In this document: piece after piece, positions 10,103 to 19,106 of the stretch
Position numbering within the stretch: position 1 is the stretch's first letter
Layout of the letters: each line of letters starts with the position of its first letter
Notes under the pieces: generated by a model
What the model saw: the letters and a program-made list of their open reading frames with translations, nothing else
Told to the model about the DNA's origin: nothing
Database searches by the model: none
Program-made: the position numbers and the translations under genes
Assembly: GCA_037190965.1 (NCBI GenBank)
Contig: JBBCKI010000013.1
Location: forward strand, 1 to 64,000
Origin: Chthoniobacteraceae bacterium
Lineage (GTDB): Bacteria; Verrucomicrobiota; Verrucomicrobiia; Chthoniobacterales; Chthoniobacteraceae
DNA length: 64,000 nucleotides
Direction of reading: 5' to 3'

Positions 10103-10425
10103 GCTTGAAATATGGATTATCGGAGACAACCGTCGTGCAGATCACCGGCGCACTGACGCGTTTCCCCGAGGTGGAGCAAGCGGTGTTATTTGGATCGAGA
10201 GCCAAGGGCACCTATCGGCGGGGATCGGACATCGACCTTGCGCTCGTGGGGGAAGCCCTCGACTGGCGGAAGGTGGGGCAGATCGACGATGCGCTGGATG
10301 ACCTGTTGCTTCCGTATGAGTTCAGCCTCATCGAGTTTTCCAAAGACACCGATCCCGAGGTGGCGGCCCATATTAGGCGGGTGGGGATTGTGTTTTATGA
10401 GAAGCCGCCTGTTGGTGGTGTATAA
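10099..10425 (+). CDS. Minimal nucleotidyltransferase (MNT, MntA-like antitoxin)
   Basis: LFGSRAKGTYRRGSDIDL = GS-x10-DxD; ATGA overlap with the HEPN gene. Confidence 0.88.
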   Translation: MSLKYGLSETTVVQITGALTRFPEVEQAVLFGSRAKGTYRRGSDIDLALVGEALDWRKVGQIDDALDDLLLPYEFSLIEFSKDTDPEVAAHIRRVGIVFYEKPPVGGV

Positions 10426-10455
10426 ATCGCCTTTCTGGTCTGCAATTCCCTTTTC

Positions 10456-12066
10456 ATGCAGTCGATTTCCAAAAGCAGCCTGTGGCTGATTGCCGCATTG
10501 GTCGGGGTGATTCTCATCCCGATCGTCCTGCGCCCCGCCAGGACGGATACCGCGAGTCTTGGGACGGCGGACGATGTGCTGGTGATCGTCACACCGCATA
10601 ACGAGGCCACGCGGTTTGAGTTCACCCGCGCGTTTGCGGCCCGGCACAAGGCGCGCACGGGGCGGACGGTGGCCATCGACTGGCGCACCCCGGGCGGGGC
10701 TAGCGATATCGCCCGGTATATCGCCTCGGAGTATCTGGGGGCATTCCGGCTCCATTGGGAAAGGGACCTGCGCCAGCCATGGAGTAACGAGGTGGAGGCG
10801 GCGTTTGCCAACCCGCGCGTGGAGCCGGGGACGGAGACGCTCGCGGCTCGGGCGCGCAAGGCGTTCCTCGAGTCGAACGTCGGGTGCGGGGTCGATCTCT
10901 ATTTTGGCGGCGGGAGTTACGATCTTATCCAGCAGGCGAACGCAGGGCGACTCGTCGATTGTGGGGTGGTGGCCGCGCATCCTGACCTTTTTGGACCGGG
11001 CGGCTCTATTCCACCGGTTTTTCGCGGCGAGCCGTTGTTCGACACGAAGGGACGGTGGATCGGGGCGGCGCTGGCGGCATTTGGCATCTGTTATAATACG
11101 GACGCGTTGACGCGGCTGGGGATCGAGCGGCCTCCGTCGGAATGGCGCGATCTGGCCGATCCCCGGCTTCTCGGGGAGACCGCGCTTTCCGATCCGACCC
11201 AGAGCGGGTCCGCCGCCAAGGCGTTCGAGATGCTTATCCAGCAACAGATCGCGGAGACGGCGAAGGAGGGGGGCGAGGTGGATGTCGCCGAAGGATGGGC
11301 GCGGGGAATGCGGTTGATCCGGCGGATCGCGGGGAATGCCCGCTATTTCACCGACGCGGCCTCCAAGGTGCCGTGGGACGTGGAATCCGGGGACGCGGCG
11401 GCGGGAATGGCCATCGATTTTTACGGGCGTTACCAGAGCGAAGCGGTGCGGCGGCCCGACGGAGCCTCGCGCATGGGTTACGTGACCCCCGCCAACGGCT
11501 CTTCTTTCGGGGCGGACCCCATCGGGATGCTTCGCGGCGCGCCCTCTGCGGCGTTGGCCAGCGAGTTCGTGGAGTTCGTCATTTCGCCCGAGGGGCAAAA
11601 GCTCTGGAACTGGAAGCTCGGCACACCGGGCGGGCCGGTGAAGTACGCGTTGCGGCGGCTCCCAATCCTGCCGGAGCTCTACGCGCCAAAGTACGAACCG
11701 TACCGCTCCGACCCCGGCGTCAATCCGTACACGGAGGGTGGGTTTGTGTATCACCCCGAGTGGACGGCGGGACTCTTCCGCGTGATCGGCTTTGTCATCC
11801 AGGTGAGCTGCATCGACACGCACGAGGAACTGCGCGAGGCGTGGAGCGCGGCGATCGAGGCCGGGTTTCCTCCCGCGGCGATGGAATCCTTTGACTCCAT
11901 GGAGGGGATCGACTACAAGACCGCCCTTGAGGTAATCAAACCGGCTCTCGCTTCCGCCCAGAAAATCGACCAGGTGCGGCTTGCGAAAACACTGGGGGAC
12001 CGTTTTCGCCGACAATATCGTGAGGCGACAAGGCTCTCCCGGGGAGAGCCGACACTTAAAAGGTGA
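10456..12066 (+). CDS. ABC transporter substrate-binding protein (Fe3+/thiamine-like class)
   Basis: N-terminal membrane anchor; LVIVTPH, DLYFGGG, DPTQSGS, EFVISPEGQKLW motifs. Confidence 0.8.
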   Translation: MQSISKSSLWLIAALVGVILIPIVLRPARTDTASLGTADDVLVIVTPHNEATRFEFTRAFAARHKARTGRTVAIDWRTPGGASDIARYIASEYLGAFRLHWERDLRQPWSNEVEAAFANPRVEPGTETLAARARKAFLESNVGCGVDLYFGGGSYDLIQQANAGRLVDCGVVAAHPDLFGPGGSIPPVFRGEPLFDTKGRWIGAALAAFGICYNTDALTRLGIERPPSEWRDLADPRLLGETALSDPTQSGSAAKAFEMLIQQQIAETAKEGGEVDVAEGWARGMRLIRRIAGNARYFTDAASKVPWDVESGDAAAGMAIDFYGRYQSEAVRRPDGASRMGYVTPANGSSFGADPIGMLRGAPSAALASEFVEFVISPEGQKLWNWKLGTPGGPVKYALRRLPILPELYAPKYEPYRSDPGVNPYTEGGFVYHPEWTAGLFRVIGFVIQVSCIDTHEELREAWSAAIEAGFPPAAMESFDSMEGIDYKTALEVIKPALASAQKIDQVRLAKTLGDRFRRQYREATRLSRGEPTLKR

Positions 12067-12138
12067 GAAATTGCGAGAAACCCCTTGTCAACCCTCGGGG
12101 GGTGTGGCAGCTTTCACGCCTTTCTTTTCGAGACGTTT

Positions 12139-12453
12139 ATGGCTTACGCAATTATTAAAACGGGCGGCAAACAGTACAAAGTCGCGGCAGGCGACGTGAT
12201 TCTGGTTGAAAAACTTGAAGTGCAGCCCGGGACTGAAACCAGCTTTTCCGATGTTCTTTTCTTCGCTGAAGGGGACTCGATCAAGTCTGACGCCAGCGCT
12301 CTCGAAGGAGCCAGCGTGAAGGGCGAAGTGCTCGAGCAGACCAAGGGCGACAAGGTCATCGCGTTCAAATATCGCCGCCGCAAGGGGTATCACCGCACGG
12401 TGGGGCACCGCCAGAAGTTGACGAAAGTCAAAATCACCGCGATCAACGCCTAA
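12139..12453 (+). CDS. rplU: 50S ribosomal protein L21
   Basis: MAYAIIKTGGKQYKV ... GHRQKLT. Confidence 0.98.
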   Translation: MAYAIIKTGGKQYKVAAGDVILVEKLEVQPGTETSFSDVLFFAEGDSIKSDASALEGASVKGEVLEQTKGDKVIAFKYRRRKGYHRTVGHRQKLTKVKITAINA

Positions 12454-12482
12454 TCGGATTTTTTTAACTACAGCAACTTTTT

Positions 12483-12740
12483 ATGGCTCATAAAAAAGGT
12501 CAGGGCAGCGTCAAGAACGGCCGCGACAGCGTAAGCAAGCGTCTCGGCGTTAAGAAATACGGCAGCCAGTCGGTCGTCGCCGGGAACATCATCATCCGCC
12601 AGCGTGGCACCAAGTTCCGCCCCGGTCGTAACGTCGGGCTCGGACGGGATTACACCATCTTCGCCCTCGTGGACGGCACCGTCCGTTTCGACCGCGAAGG
12701 CCGCCGCGTGAACGTCGACCCCGTCGCCGTCACCGCATAA
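12483..12740 (+). CDS. rpmA: 50S ribosomal protein L27
   Basis: [16 protein letters not shown] ... RQRGTK. Confidence 0.98.
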   Translation: MAHKKGQGSVKNGRDSVSKRLGVKKYGSQSVVAGNIIIRQRGTKFRPGRNVGLGRDYTIFALVDGTVRFDREGRRVNVDPVAVTA

Positions 12741-12766
12741 GGTTCCGCACAACGGTTTATTTTCAG

Positions 12767-12798
12767 AAACGCCCCGGGTTTTCCCAGGGCGTTTTTTT
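12767..12798 (+). terminator. Intrinsic terminator of rplU-rpmA
   Basis: AAACGCCCCGGG-TTTT-CCCAGGGCGTTT hairpin followed by a T-run. Confidence 0.85.
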
Positions 12799-12804
12799 AT
12801 GGCA

Positions 12805-12943
12805 GGTAGACCGCTCGCGCCGCCGAGTTTTGATAAGGAAGGGCATTTGGCGTCATCCCCGCCGGACGGGTTGCTCTTGCTGGATGTCCGGGTAAAGAAT
12901 ATGCGGGAGCCGATACCCGCGCTCTCGGCGAGAGCGGACTACC
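12805..12943 (+). repeat. Family A REPIN-like element, copy 1
   Basis: GGTAGACCGCTCGCGCCG ... CCCGCGCTCTCGGCGAGAGCGGACTACC; spacer similar to the other copies. Confidence 0.85.
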
Positions 12944-13946
12944 TTGTATGTCCTCGCCAAAACAATGCCGTGGCGGCTCCGGCAAGAATCGCTCCCCCGA
13001 GGGTGCGGCGCACGCCGGGGTGGAGTTGCAGCCAGGTGTAGGCGCTGGTGGCGTGCGATTCTTTGTCAAAATCGCCATGGATGCGGGTGTCCGCCGTGCC
13101 GGGCTGGAAGATATTTTCCTGTCGTGTCTCTCTGGGGCGTCCGCTTTTCCGGCTCCGGTAGGCAAGCCAGGTGATGACGGCATCTGTCAGTTTGGGCATG
13201 AGCCGTTTGGCGAGAATGGCCAAGCCCCCCGACGCGCCGATGACCACTTCTTCAATCGGGTGCTGCGCCGCGTGGATGACGGCGCGAACGACCGTCTCGG
13301 GTTGGTAAATGGCGGAGGTGGGTCGAGGCCGCATGCCGGTTTTGGACCGGGCGTGATTGAAAAACGGGGTGTTGATGCCGCTCGGCATGATGTTGGTAAC
13401 GCTCACGGGAATGCGCTCATGCTTGATCTCCATTCTCAGCACGTCCATGAACCCCCGCATTCCATGTTTGGAGGCTGAGTAGGCGCTCTGGTTCGGGAGG
13501 CCCACCTCGGCTTCGACGGAGGAGATTTCGATCAGCGCGCCTCCATGCTGGCTCAGGGCTGGCAGGACCGCCATCGCGGCGAAGGCGGCACCCAGAAGGT
13601 TCACGTCGATGACGCGCTGGAACTCCTCAGGCGTGGTCTCGCGGAAGGGGGCGTAAACGGAGGTAGCGGCGAAATGCGCCCAGGTGTCGATGCGCCCGAA
13701 GCGTTCGAGCGCGCGGCGGACGACATTTTTGACCTGCGAATAGTCGCTGACATCGGTTGCCACCGCGACGGCGGTGCCGCCCGCCGATTCGATCTGCGAG
13801 ACCAAAGAGTCGAGCCCCTCCTGGCTGCGCGAGGCGACCACCACCTTTGCGCCCCGCCGGGCAAACTCCAGCGCCGTCTGGCGGCCCATCCCGCTCGACG
13901 CGCCACAGACGACCACAACTTGCTCATGCACCGGTTTTAGCTTCAT
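12939..13946 (-). CDS. Short-chain dehydrogenase/reductase
   Basis: CGASSGMG Rossmann motif and YSASK catalytic motif. Confidence 0.92.
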   Translation of the reverse strand: MKLKPVHEQVVVVCGASSGMGRQTALEFARRGAKVVVASRSQEGLDSLVSQIESAGGTAVAVATDVSDYSQVKNVVRRALERFGRIDTWAHFAATSVYAPFRETTPEEFQRVIDVNLLGAAFAAMAVLPALSQHGGALIEISSVEAEVGLPNQSAYSASKHGMRGFMDVLRMEIKHERIPVSVTNIMPSGINTPFFNHARSKTGMRPRPTSAIYQPETVVRAVIHAAQHPIEEVVIGASGGLAILAKRLMPKLTDAVITWLAYRSRKSGRPRETRQENIFQPGTADTRIHGDFDKESHATSAYTWLQLHPGVRRTLGGAILAGAATALFWRGHTR

Positions 13947-13987
13947 GCGTCCTCCAAAGGAGAACGGGCATGGGCGATGCAGCGGTT

Positions 13988-15940
13988 CTACCTGCCGGGT
14001 AACGGTTCTTGAGGGCTCTCGGGGACGATGAGGAGATGTTCGAGGGCAATTTTCCGGGCTTTCGGGGAGACCCTGATGGTGACTTCACACGTGTCGGCTC
14101 CCTCGGGAACTTGCAGGCGATGGAAGTCGATCCCGCTGCGACGGTGGAAATAGGGCCGTAACTCCATCGTTTGGAGAAACTTGGAGTCCCGGAAAAATTT
14201 GAGCTGGACCCGGATCGCCTGGACGAAATTAGCCGAGCCGTTCAGTTCCAGGCTGATCGGCTTGTTGCGCAGAACTTCGGGAATTTTTACTCTTTTGACG
14301 ACCGTTTCTCCGCCATCGCCCTCCCATAGAAACGGCATCGCGGGGGCTTCGGCAAACAGGGTCTGCGCCTCGATCGGCTCAGGGGCGGATGCCGCCGCGT
14401 CCCGCTTTTGGTAGAAGATGAATTCCGGGACTTCCCCGATATTGATGACCCGGGTTAGGGACCAGTTGAGCTGTGGCTTGGTGAAAAAGGAGCCCAGTTC
14501 ATTCTGCTCTTCGATCTTTTCTCTTTGGATGTCCTGTCGATCCGTCAGCCAGGTGAGCTTGCGGCAGAACCAGAATTGCTCCGAGGCGGCTGCCATCTCT
14601 TCCAGTTTGTCATTTTTGTGAAAGATCTTGGAACGGGTATTCCACTGAAGAGTGGAGGCCTTCCTGGCGTCGGAGAGGTAGGCGGCGCTCCGCATCGCGT
14701 CGTGGGTGAAGATGGAGGTCCCAGCGGGCACGGTCTGGAGATAGGCCCGGAATTGCGGGACGTAACCGAGGTTGAAATAGGATCGCCGGGTGGCGGCGCA
14801 AAAGAAGATCACCGCGAGGCAGGCCGCCGGGACGGGGTTTCGCCGGATCCAGCCCGCGCCGATCCGCCAGAACGACAGAAGAAATCCAGCTCCTGCAACC
14901 GAGAGGATGGAGAGGGGGATCGACAGGGAACAGAGAAAGCGGTCGGCATCGCGAAGCAGCGGCCGAGGCGGCGAAACGCTTTGCAGGGAGCAGCTATAAG
15001 CGAGGTAAAGGGCGACGGCCCAGGCGGTGATGACACGGCCCCACATTCCGCTCCTGCCCTCCCGCCGACAGAGGTGAACCGCGCCGATAACGGCCAATAT
15101 ACAGAGGGTGGGACCGAGAAGACCCTTTGCCCAAACGACACGCAGGAACCGGAAGGGGAGTGTCCAGACAGGGACCGATTCCGTCCCCTTTCGGCCTTTG
15201 GCTCCCATATTGGTGTGCAGGCTGTGAAGGAAATCGCCGGTGATCCGCTGGTAAATGAGCGATTCGACGCAAACAAGGGCGAGCCAGACAACCCCGATGA
15301 CAGCCAGCCAGGTGAGGGCCTGGATCGGTTTGAAGCGTGGGTTGCGCCAGCAGGTGACGAGCGCGACGGCGGCGAGGACGCCGAAGACGAAAACCCCGGT
15401 GATCCGGTTGGCAAAGAGAATTGCCGAAACCAGGCCGGCCCCGAGGGCAAAAAGAACGCGGGCGCGCCGGGTCTCATTTTCCACGATTCCCAACCAGCAG
15501 AGAACGGCCACTCCGATGAGAACCCCCTCCGTAAGGTCGGGCATGGGGCGAAAGATCACCGTATCGAGAAGGGGATGAAAGAGAAACGTGAGGGCGCAAG
15601 CCCACCCTGCCGCGCGAGAATCGAAAACGCGGTTCCCAAGGATGAAGATCACGAGGCTGCCCAGAGAGAGATAAGAGAAGGGCACCCCATAAAACGACAC
15701 GAGTCCGGGACCGAAAATCCCCTGTAAAACCCAGCAAAATCCCCAGATCGGCCAGCGTAAATCGTGGAACTTGGTAGGGCTCCATCCATCGATCCCATTT
15801 TCGTGAACGGCCCAGGCGGTTCTCCAGTACGTGAAATCGTCGCCCAGCCCCGGTTCTTTCAGGAAAAGAATGCCGACGGCAAAGGCGGTCAGGATAAGAA
15901 GGATCAGATCGCTGGCGAGCAGCTTGCGTGGGGTATTCAT
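13988..15940 (-). CDS. GT-C (ArnT/PMT, GT39/83-like) membrane glycosyltransferase
   Basis: DD motif after the first TM helix (GLGDDFTY), many TM helices, C-terminal soluble domain. Confidence 0.65.
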   Translation of the reverse strand: MNTPRKLLASDLILLILTAFAVGILFLKEPGLGDDFTYWRTAWAVHENGIDGWSPTKFHDLRWPIWGFCWVLQGIFGPGLVSFYGVPFSYLSLGSLVIFILGNRVFDSRAAGWACALTFLFHPLLDTVIFRPMPDLTEGVLIGVAVLCWLGIVENETRRARVLFALGAGLVSAILFANRITGVFVFGVLAAVALVTCWRNPRFKPIQALTWLAVIGVVWLALVCVESLIYQRITGDFLHSLHTNMGAKGRKGTESVPVWTLPFRFLRVVWAKGLLGPTLCILAVIGAVHLCRREGRSGMWGRVITAWAVALYLAYSCSLQSVSPPRPLLRDADRFLCSLSIPLSILSVAGAGFLLSFWRIGAGWIRRNPVPAACLAVIFFCAATRRSYFNLGYVPQFRAYLQTVPAGTSIFTHDAMRSAAYLSDARKASTLQWNTRSKIFHKNDKLEEMAAASEQFWFCRKLTWLTDRQDIQREKIEEQNELGSFFTKPQLNWSLTRVINIGEVPEFIFYQKRDAAASAPEPIEAQTLFAEAPAMPFLWEGDGGETVVKRVKIPEVLRNKPISLELNGSANFVQAIRVQLKFFRDSKFLQTMELRPYFHRRSGIDFHRLQVPEGADTCEVTIRVSPKARKIALEHLLIVPESPQEPLPGR

Positions 15941-16018
15941 CCGTCTTTTAAGGCGCCGGGGACGCTAACAACACCTTGCATGGGGAACAAGAGGATTTAA
16001 TTCTTTACAATTCTTATA

Positions 16019-16036
16019 GGGAATTATGATATTCCC
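16019..16036. promoter_or_regulatory. Palindromic operator candidate upstream of the reductase
   Basis: GGGAAT-TATGAT-ATTCCC: perfect 6-bp arms around a -10-like hexamer; TTTACA at 16004-16009. Confidence 0.4.
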
Positions 16037-16077
16037 TCTCGGAGGCTCTAACCGAGGTCTCGTGTCTTTATTAAGTT

Positions 16078-17700
16078 ATGACCGAAATCACACCCAACTT
16101 CGCCGCCGTTAAACAGGGGCTGATTCCTCTCACGCCGCAGGAACAGTATAAGCAGGACAAGGATGCATTGGATGTCATTCACGACATCTACCGGTACGCA
16201 AAATCCGGGTTTGCCTCCATTCCCGACCCCGATTTCGAGCGCATGAAATGGTATGGCGTTTACCGCCAGAAGCCAAAAGAGAGCGGCTTTTTCATGATGC
16301 GGACAAAGATCCCCGGCGGCCAGTTAACCGGGGCGCAAGCCAAGGTGCTTTCCAGCATCGCCGACCGTTTCGGCCACGGTTTCTGCGACATCACTACCCG
16401 CCAGTGCATTCAGTTTCATTGGCTGAAGATCAAGGATGTCCCGCAGATTTTTGCCGACCTTGCCGGTGTCGGGATGACCACGAGCGGTGCATGCGGCGAC
16501 GACACCCGTAACGTGGTCGGCTGCCCTGTATCGGGGATCGATCCCGACGAGATCATCGACGCCACGGACGAAATGTGGGAGGTGAGCAGGGCGCTGACCG
16601 ACAATCGGGAGTTCTCCAACATGCCCCGAAAGTACAAGATTTCCGTCTCCGGGTGCTGTATCCGCTGCGCCCAGCCCGACATCAACTGCACCGCCGTTTT
16701 CGGCCTCAAGCGCACGGTCAACGGCGTGGAAGAAACCGGTTACGGCATCATGCTCGGAGGCGGTCTCTCTGCCGCCCCGCACATGGCGAAGATTCTCCCG
16801 TTCTTTATCAGACCAGGTCAGGTTTGGGCGGTCGTGAAGGCGGCGAGCGAGTTTTTCCGCGACGAAGGGTATCGCCTCAAGCGCAACCGCGCCCGGTTCA
16901 AGTTCCTGGTGGCGGACTGGGGTGTCGAGCGCGTGGCCGCCGCCGTGCAGGAGCGCCTTTCGTTCCAGCTTGAAGCGCATACGGACTTCCCGGAACTCAA
17001 GGATCAGGAGAGCGATCACCTTGGCATTCATCCGCAGAAACAGGCGGGCCTGTTCTGGGTGGGCGTCAACTTCGCGGGTGGCCGGGTTCGCAACGGGCTT
17101 CTCGGGCGGATCGGCGAGCTTGCCCAAAAATATTGCGCCGAAGGGAAGGACGCCATCCGTCTTACCAACAAGCAGAACCTGCTTATCATCAACGTGCCGG
17201 AGGCGAACCTTCCCGCGTTGAAGGCGGAACTCGACCACCTTGGGCTCGTCTACGATCCCTCGAACTTCCGCAAAGGGTGCGTCTCATGCACCGGCATTGA
17301 GTTCTGCAACCTTGCCGTTACCGAGACCAAGAACCGGATGATCGATCTGGTTGAACAGCTTGAGACCCAGAGCGGCTGGTACAAGGACAAGATCCGCATC
17401 CACTTCTCGGGCTGCCCGTCGAGTTGCGGTCAGCACCAAATTGCCGATATCGGCTTCCGGGGCGCGCGCACGAAGATCGACGGCGTGATGCACGACGCCT
17501 ACGATTGCTTCATCGGCGGCCGCCTCGGCGAGAACCGCCGCTTCAACGAGTTGTTGAAGGGGAAGGTGCTCGCCAAGGACGTCCACCACTTCATCGACAA
17601 GCTCCTGCGCATCTATGATTGCGGGAAGGTGAACGGCGAAACCTTCGCGGAGTTCTGCGATCGCGTCCCAAAGACCGAGATCCTGGCGGGGCTCGGGTAA
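16078..17700 (+). CDS. Ferredoxin-dependent sulfite/nitrite reductase (siroheme-[4Fe-4S])
   Basis: FMMRTKIPGG, TTRQ, NMPRKYK, CTGIEFC and SGCPSSC cluster ligands. Confidence 0.92.
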   Translation: MTEITPNFAAVKQGLIPLTPQEQYKQDKDALDVIHDIYRYAKSGFASIPDPDFERMKWYGVYRQKPKESGFFMMRTKIPGGQLTGAQAKVLSSIADRFGHGFCDITTRQCIQFHWLKIKDVPQIFADLAGVGMTTSGACGDDTRNVVGCPVSGIDPDEIIDATDEMWEVSRALTDNREFSNMPRKYKISVSGCCIRCAQPDINCTAVFGLKRTVNGVEETGYGIMLGGGLSAAPHMAKILPFFIRPGQVWAVVKAASEFFRDEGYRLKRNRARFKFLVADWGVERVAAAVQERLSFQLEAHTDFPELKDQESDHLGIHPQKQAGLFWVGVNFAGGRVRNGLLGRIGELAQKYCAEGKDAIRLTNKQNLLIINVPEANLPALKAELDHLGLVYDPSNFRKGCVSCTGIEFCNLAVTETKNRMIDLVEQLETQSGWYKDKIRIHFSGCPSSCGQHQIADIGFRGARTKIDGVMHDAYDCFIGGRLGENRRFNELLKGKVLAKDVHHFIDKLLRIYDCGKVNGETFAEFCDRVPKTEILAGLG

Positions 17701-17791
17701 TGCGTATCCTTCAGCAGCGGTTTTTTTGGGTCGCGCGGGATTCGAGGCTTTTCTGCTTCAAGCACTTCTGCAATAAACCCGCCTTTATCCC

Positions 17792-18256
17792 ATGAACCAA
17801 CCGAGCGTCGAACAAGCCACTCTGGAGGATCTGCCGCAGTTGACCGACCTGCTGGTCGAATTGTTTTCCCATGAGTCGGACTTCAAACCGGACCGCATCA
17901 AACAGATGCGCGGCATCCGACTGGTTTTGGAAAACCCGGCGCGGGGGCGGATCTTCGTTCTTCGCAGTCACGGGCGGATCATCGGGATGATCAACCTGCT
18001 TTTCACGATCAGTACCGCCGAGGGCGGGTTCGTGATGTTGCTGGAGGACCTGGTGATTCATAAAGACCACCGTGGCCATGGCTACGGCACCATTTTGCTT
18101 GAGCATGCGATCGAGTACGCGAAGGCCAAGGATTTTCAGCGAATCACGCTCCTGAGCGATCTTGACGAGGTTGAGTCCCAGAAATTGTTCCGTCATCACG
18201 GGTTCGTCGATTCCCACATGATCCCGATGCGGCTGGTCCTTTCCACGGCGAAATAG
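17792..18256 (+). CDS. GNAT-family N-acetyltransferase
   Basis: LEDLVIHKDHRGHGYG acetyl-CoA-binding motif A. Confidence 0.9.
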   Translation: MNQPSVEQATLEDLPQLTDLLVELFSHESDFKPDRIKQMRGIRLVLENPARGRIFVLRSHGRIIGMINLLFTISTAEGGFVMLLEDLVIHKDHRGHGYGTILLEHAIEYAKAKDFQRITLLSDLDEVESQKLFRHHGFVDSHMIPMRLVLSTAK

Positions 18257-18259
18257 TCC

Positions 18260-18949
18260 ATGGCTGACGATTCCAAATTCGTCGATATCGGCGTCGCCCG
18301 GGTGGATGTGGACCGGCACGACCGGTGCGGCTTCCCGGAAGTCATCTTTGCCCAAGGCAAGACGGCGGAAGATGTCGTGGCGATCGCCCGCACGTTAGCG
18401 GAGCGGCACGGCGTCCTGCTGATCACCCGTGCCAGCGAAGAACAGGCGGCGGCAGTCACGGGGGCCTTCCCCGAGGCGCGCTTTCATTCGCGTTCCCGCT
18501 GCATCACTATCGAGATCAAGCCGCTCCCGAAGCTCGACGGCGCGGTGGCAGTGGTCTGCGCGGGCACCTCGGATCTTCCCGTCGCGGAGGAGGCGGTGGT
18601 GACGCTGGAGATTTTCGGCAATCGCGTGGCGAAGTTTTACGACGTTGGCGTGGCCGGGATTCACCGGTTGCTTGCCGTCCGCGACCAGATTGAATCCTGT
18701 AACGCCGTTGTGGTGGTGGCGGGGATGGAAGGAGCGTTGCCGAGCGCGATTGCGGGGCTGATCAGCAAGCCGGTCATCGCGGTGCCGACCAGTGTGGGTT
18801 ACGGAGCGAGCTTTGGAGGGTTGGCCGCACTGCTGGGAATGCTCAATAGCTGCGGCAGCGGTGTCACGGTGGTGAACATCGACAACGGCTTCGGCGCGGC
18901 CTATGCGGCGGCGGCAATCAACAAGCAGTTGCACGCCAAAGGGGGTTGA
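18260..18949 (+). CDS. larB: Nickel-pincer cofactor biosynthesis protein LarB (AIR carboxylase-like)
   Basis: GFPEVIFAQGKT, AGTSDLPVAEEA, DVGVAGIHRL, AGMEGALPS, VPTSVGYG, VVNIDNGFGA. Confidence 0.92.
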   Translation: MADDSKFVDIGVARVDVDRHDRCGFPEVIFAQGKTAEDVVAIARTLAERHGVLLITRASEEQAAAVTGAFPEARFHSRSRCITIEIKPLPKLDGAVAVVCAGTSDLPVAEEAVVTLEIFGNRVAKFYDVGVAGIHRLLAVRDQIESCNAVVVVAGMEGALPSAIAGLISKPVIAVPTSVGYGASFGGLAALLGMLNSCGSGVTVVNIDNGFGAAYAAAAINKQLHAKGG

Positions 18950-18977
18950 GAAGAAATAGAGGGCCTTTGGCCATGGG

Positions 18978-19083
18978 CGGCGTCGTGGAACTCCGCCCTC
19001 CCTCTACCGCGCGGCAGCGCGCGCAGGGCGAAAGATTCCAGTGTGAAATACCCTCCAACGGAGGGCGGAGCTCCGCGACGCCG
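18978..19083. repeat. Family C inverted-repeat doublet (GGAGGGCGGAGYTCCRCGACGCCG)
   Basis: 24-bp arms at 18978-19001 and 19060-19083 (2 mismatches) between convergent genes; another arm at 47523-47546. Confidence 0.75.
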
Positions 19084-19106
19084 TAATCCTTGCAGCCGAA
19101 GGCTCG

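Noticed and set aside
10186..12015. 609-aa minus-strand ORF (likewise 20882-22579 +, 14525-15727 +, 36153-37514 -)
   Set aside because: Arg/Pro/Gly-rich shadow frames opposite motif-bearing genes
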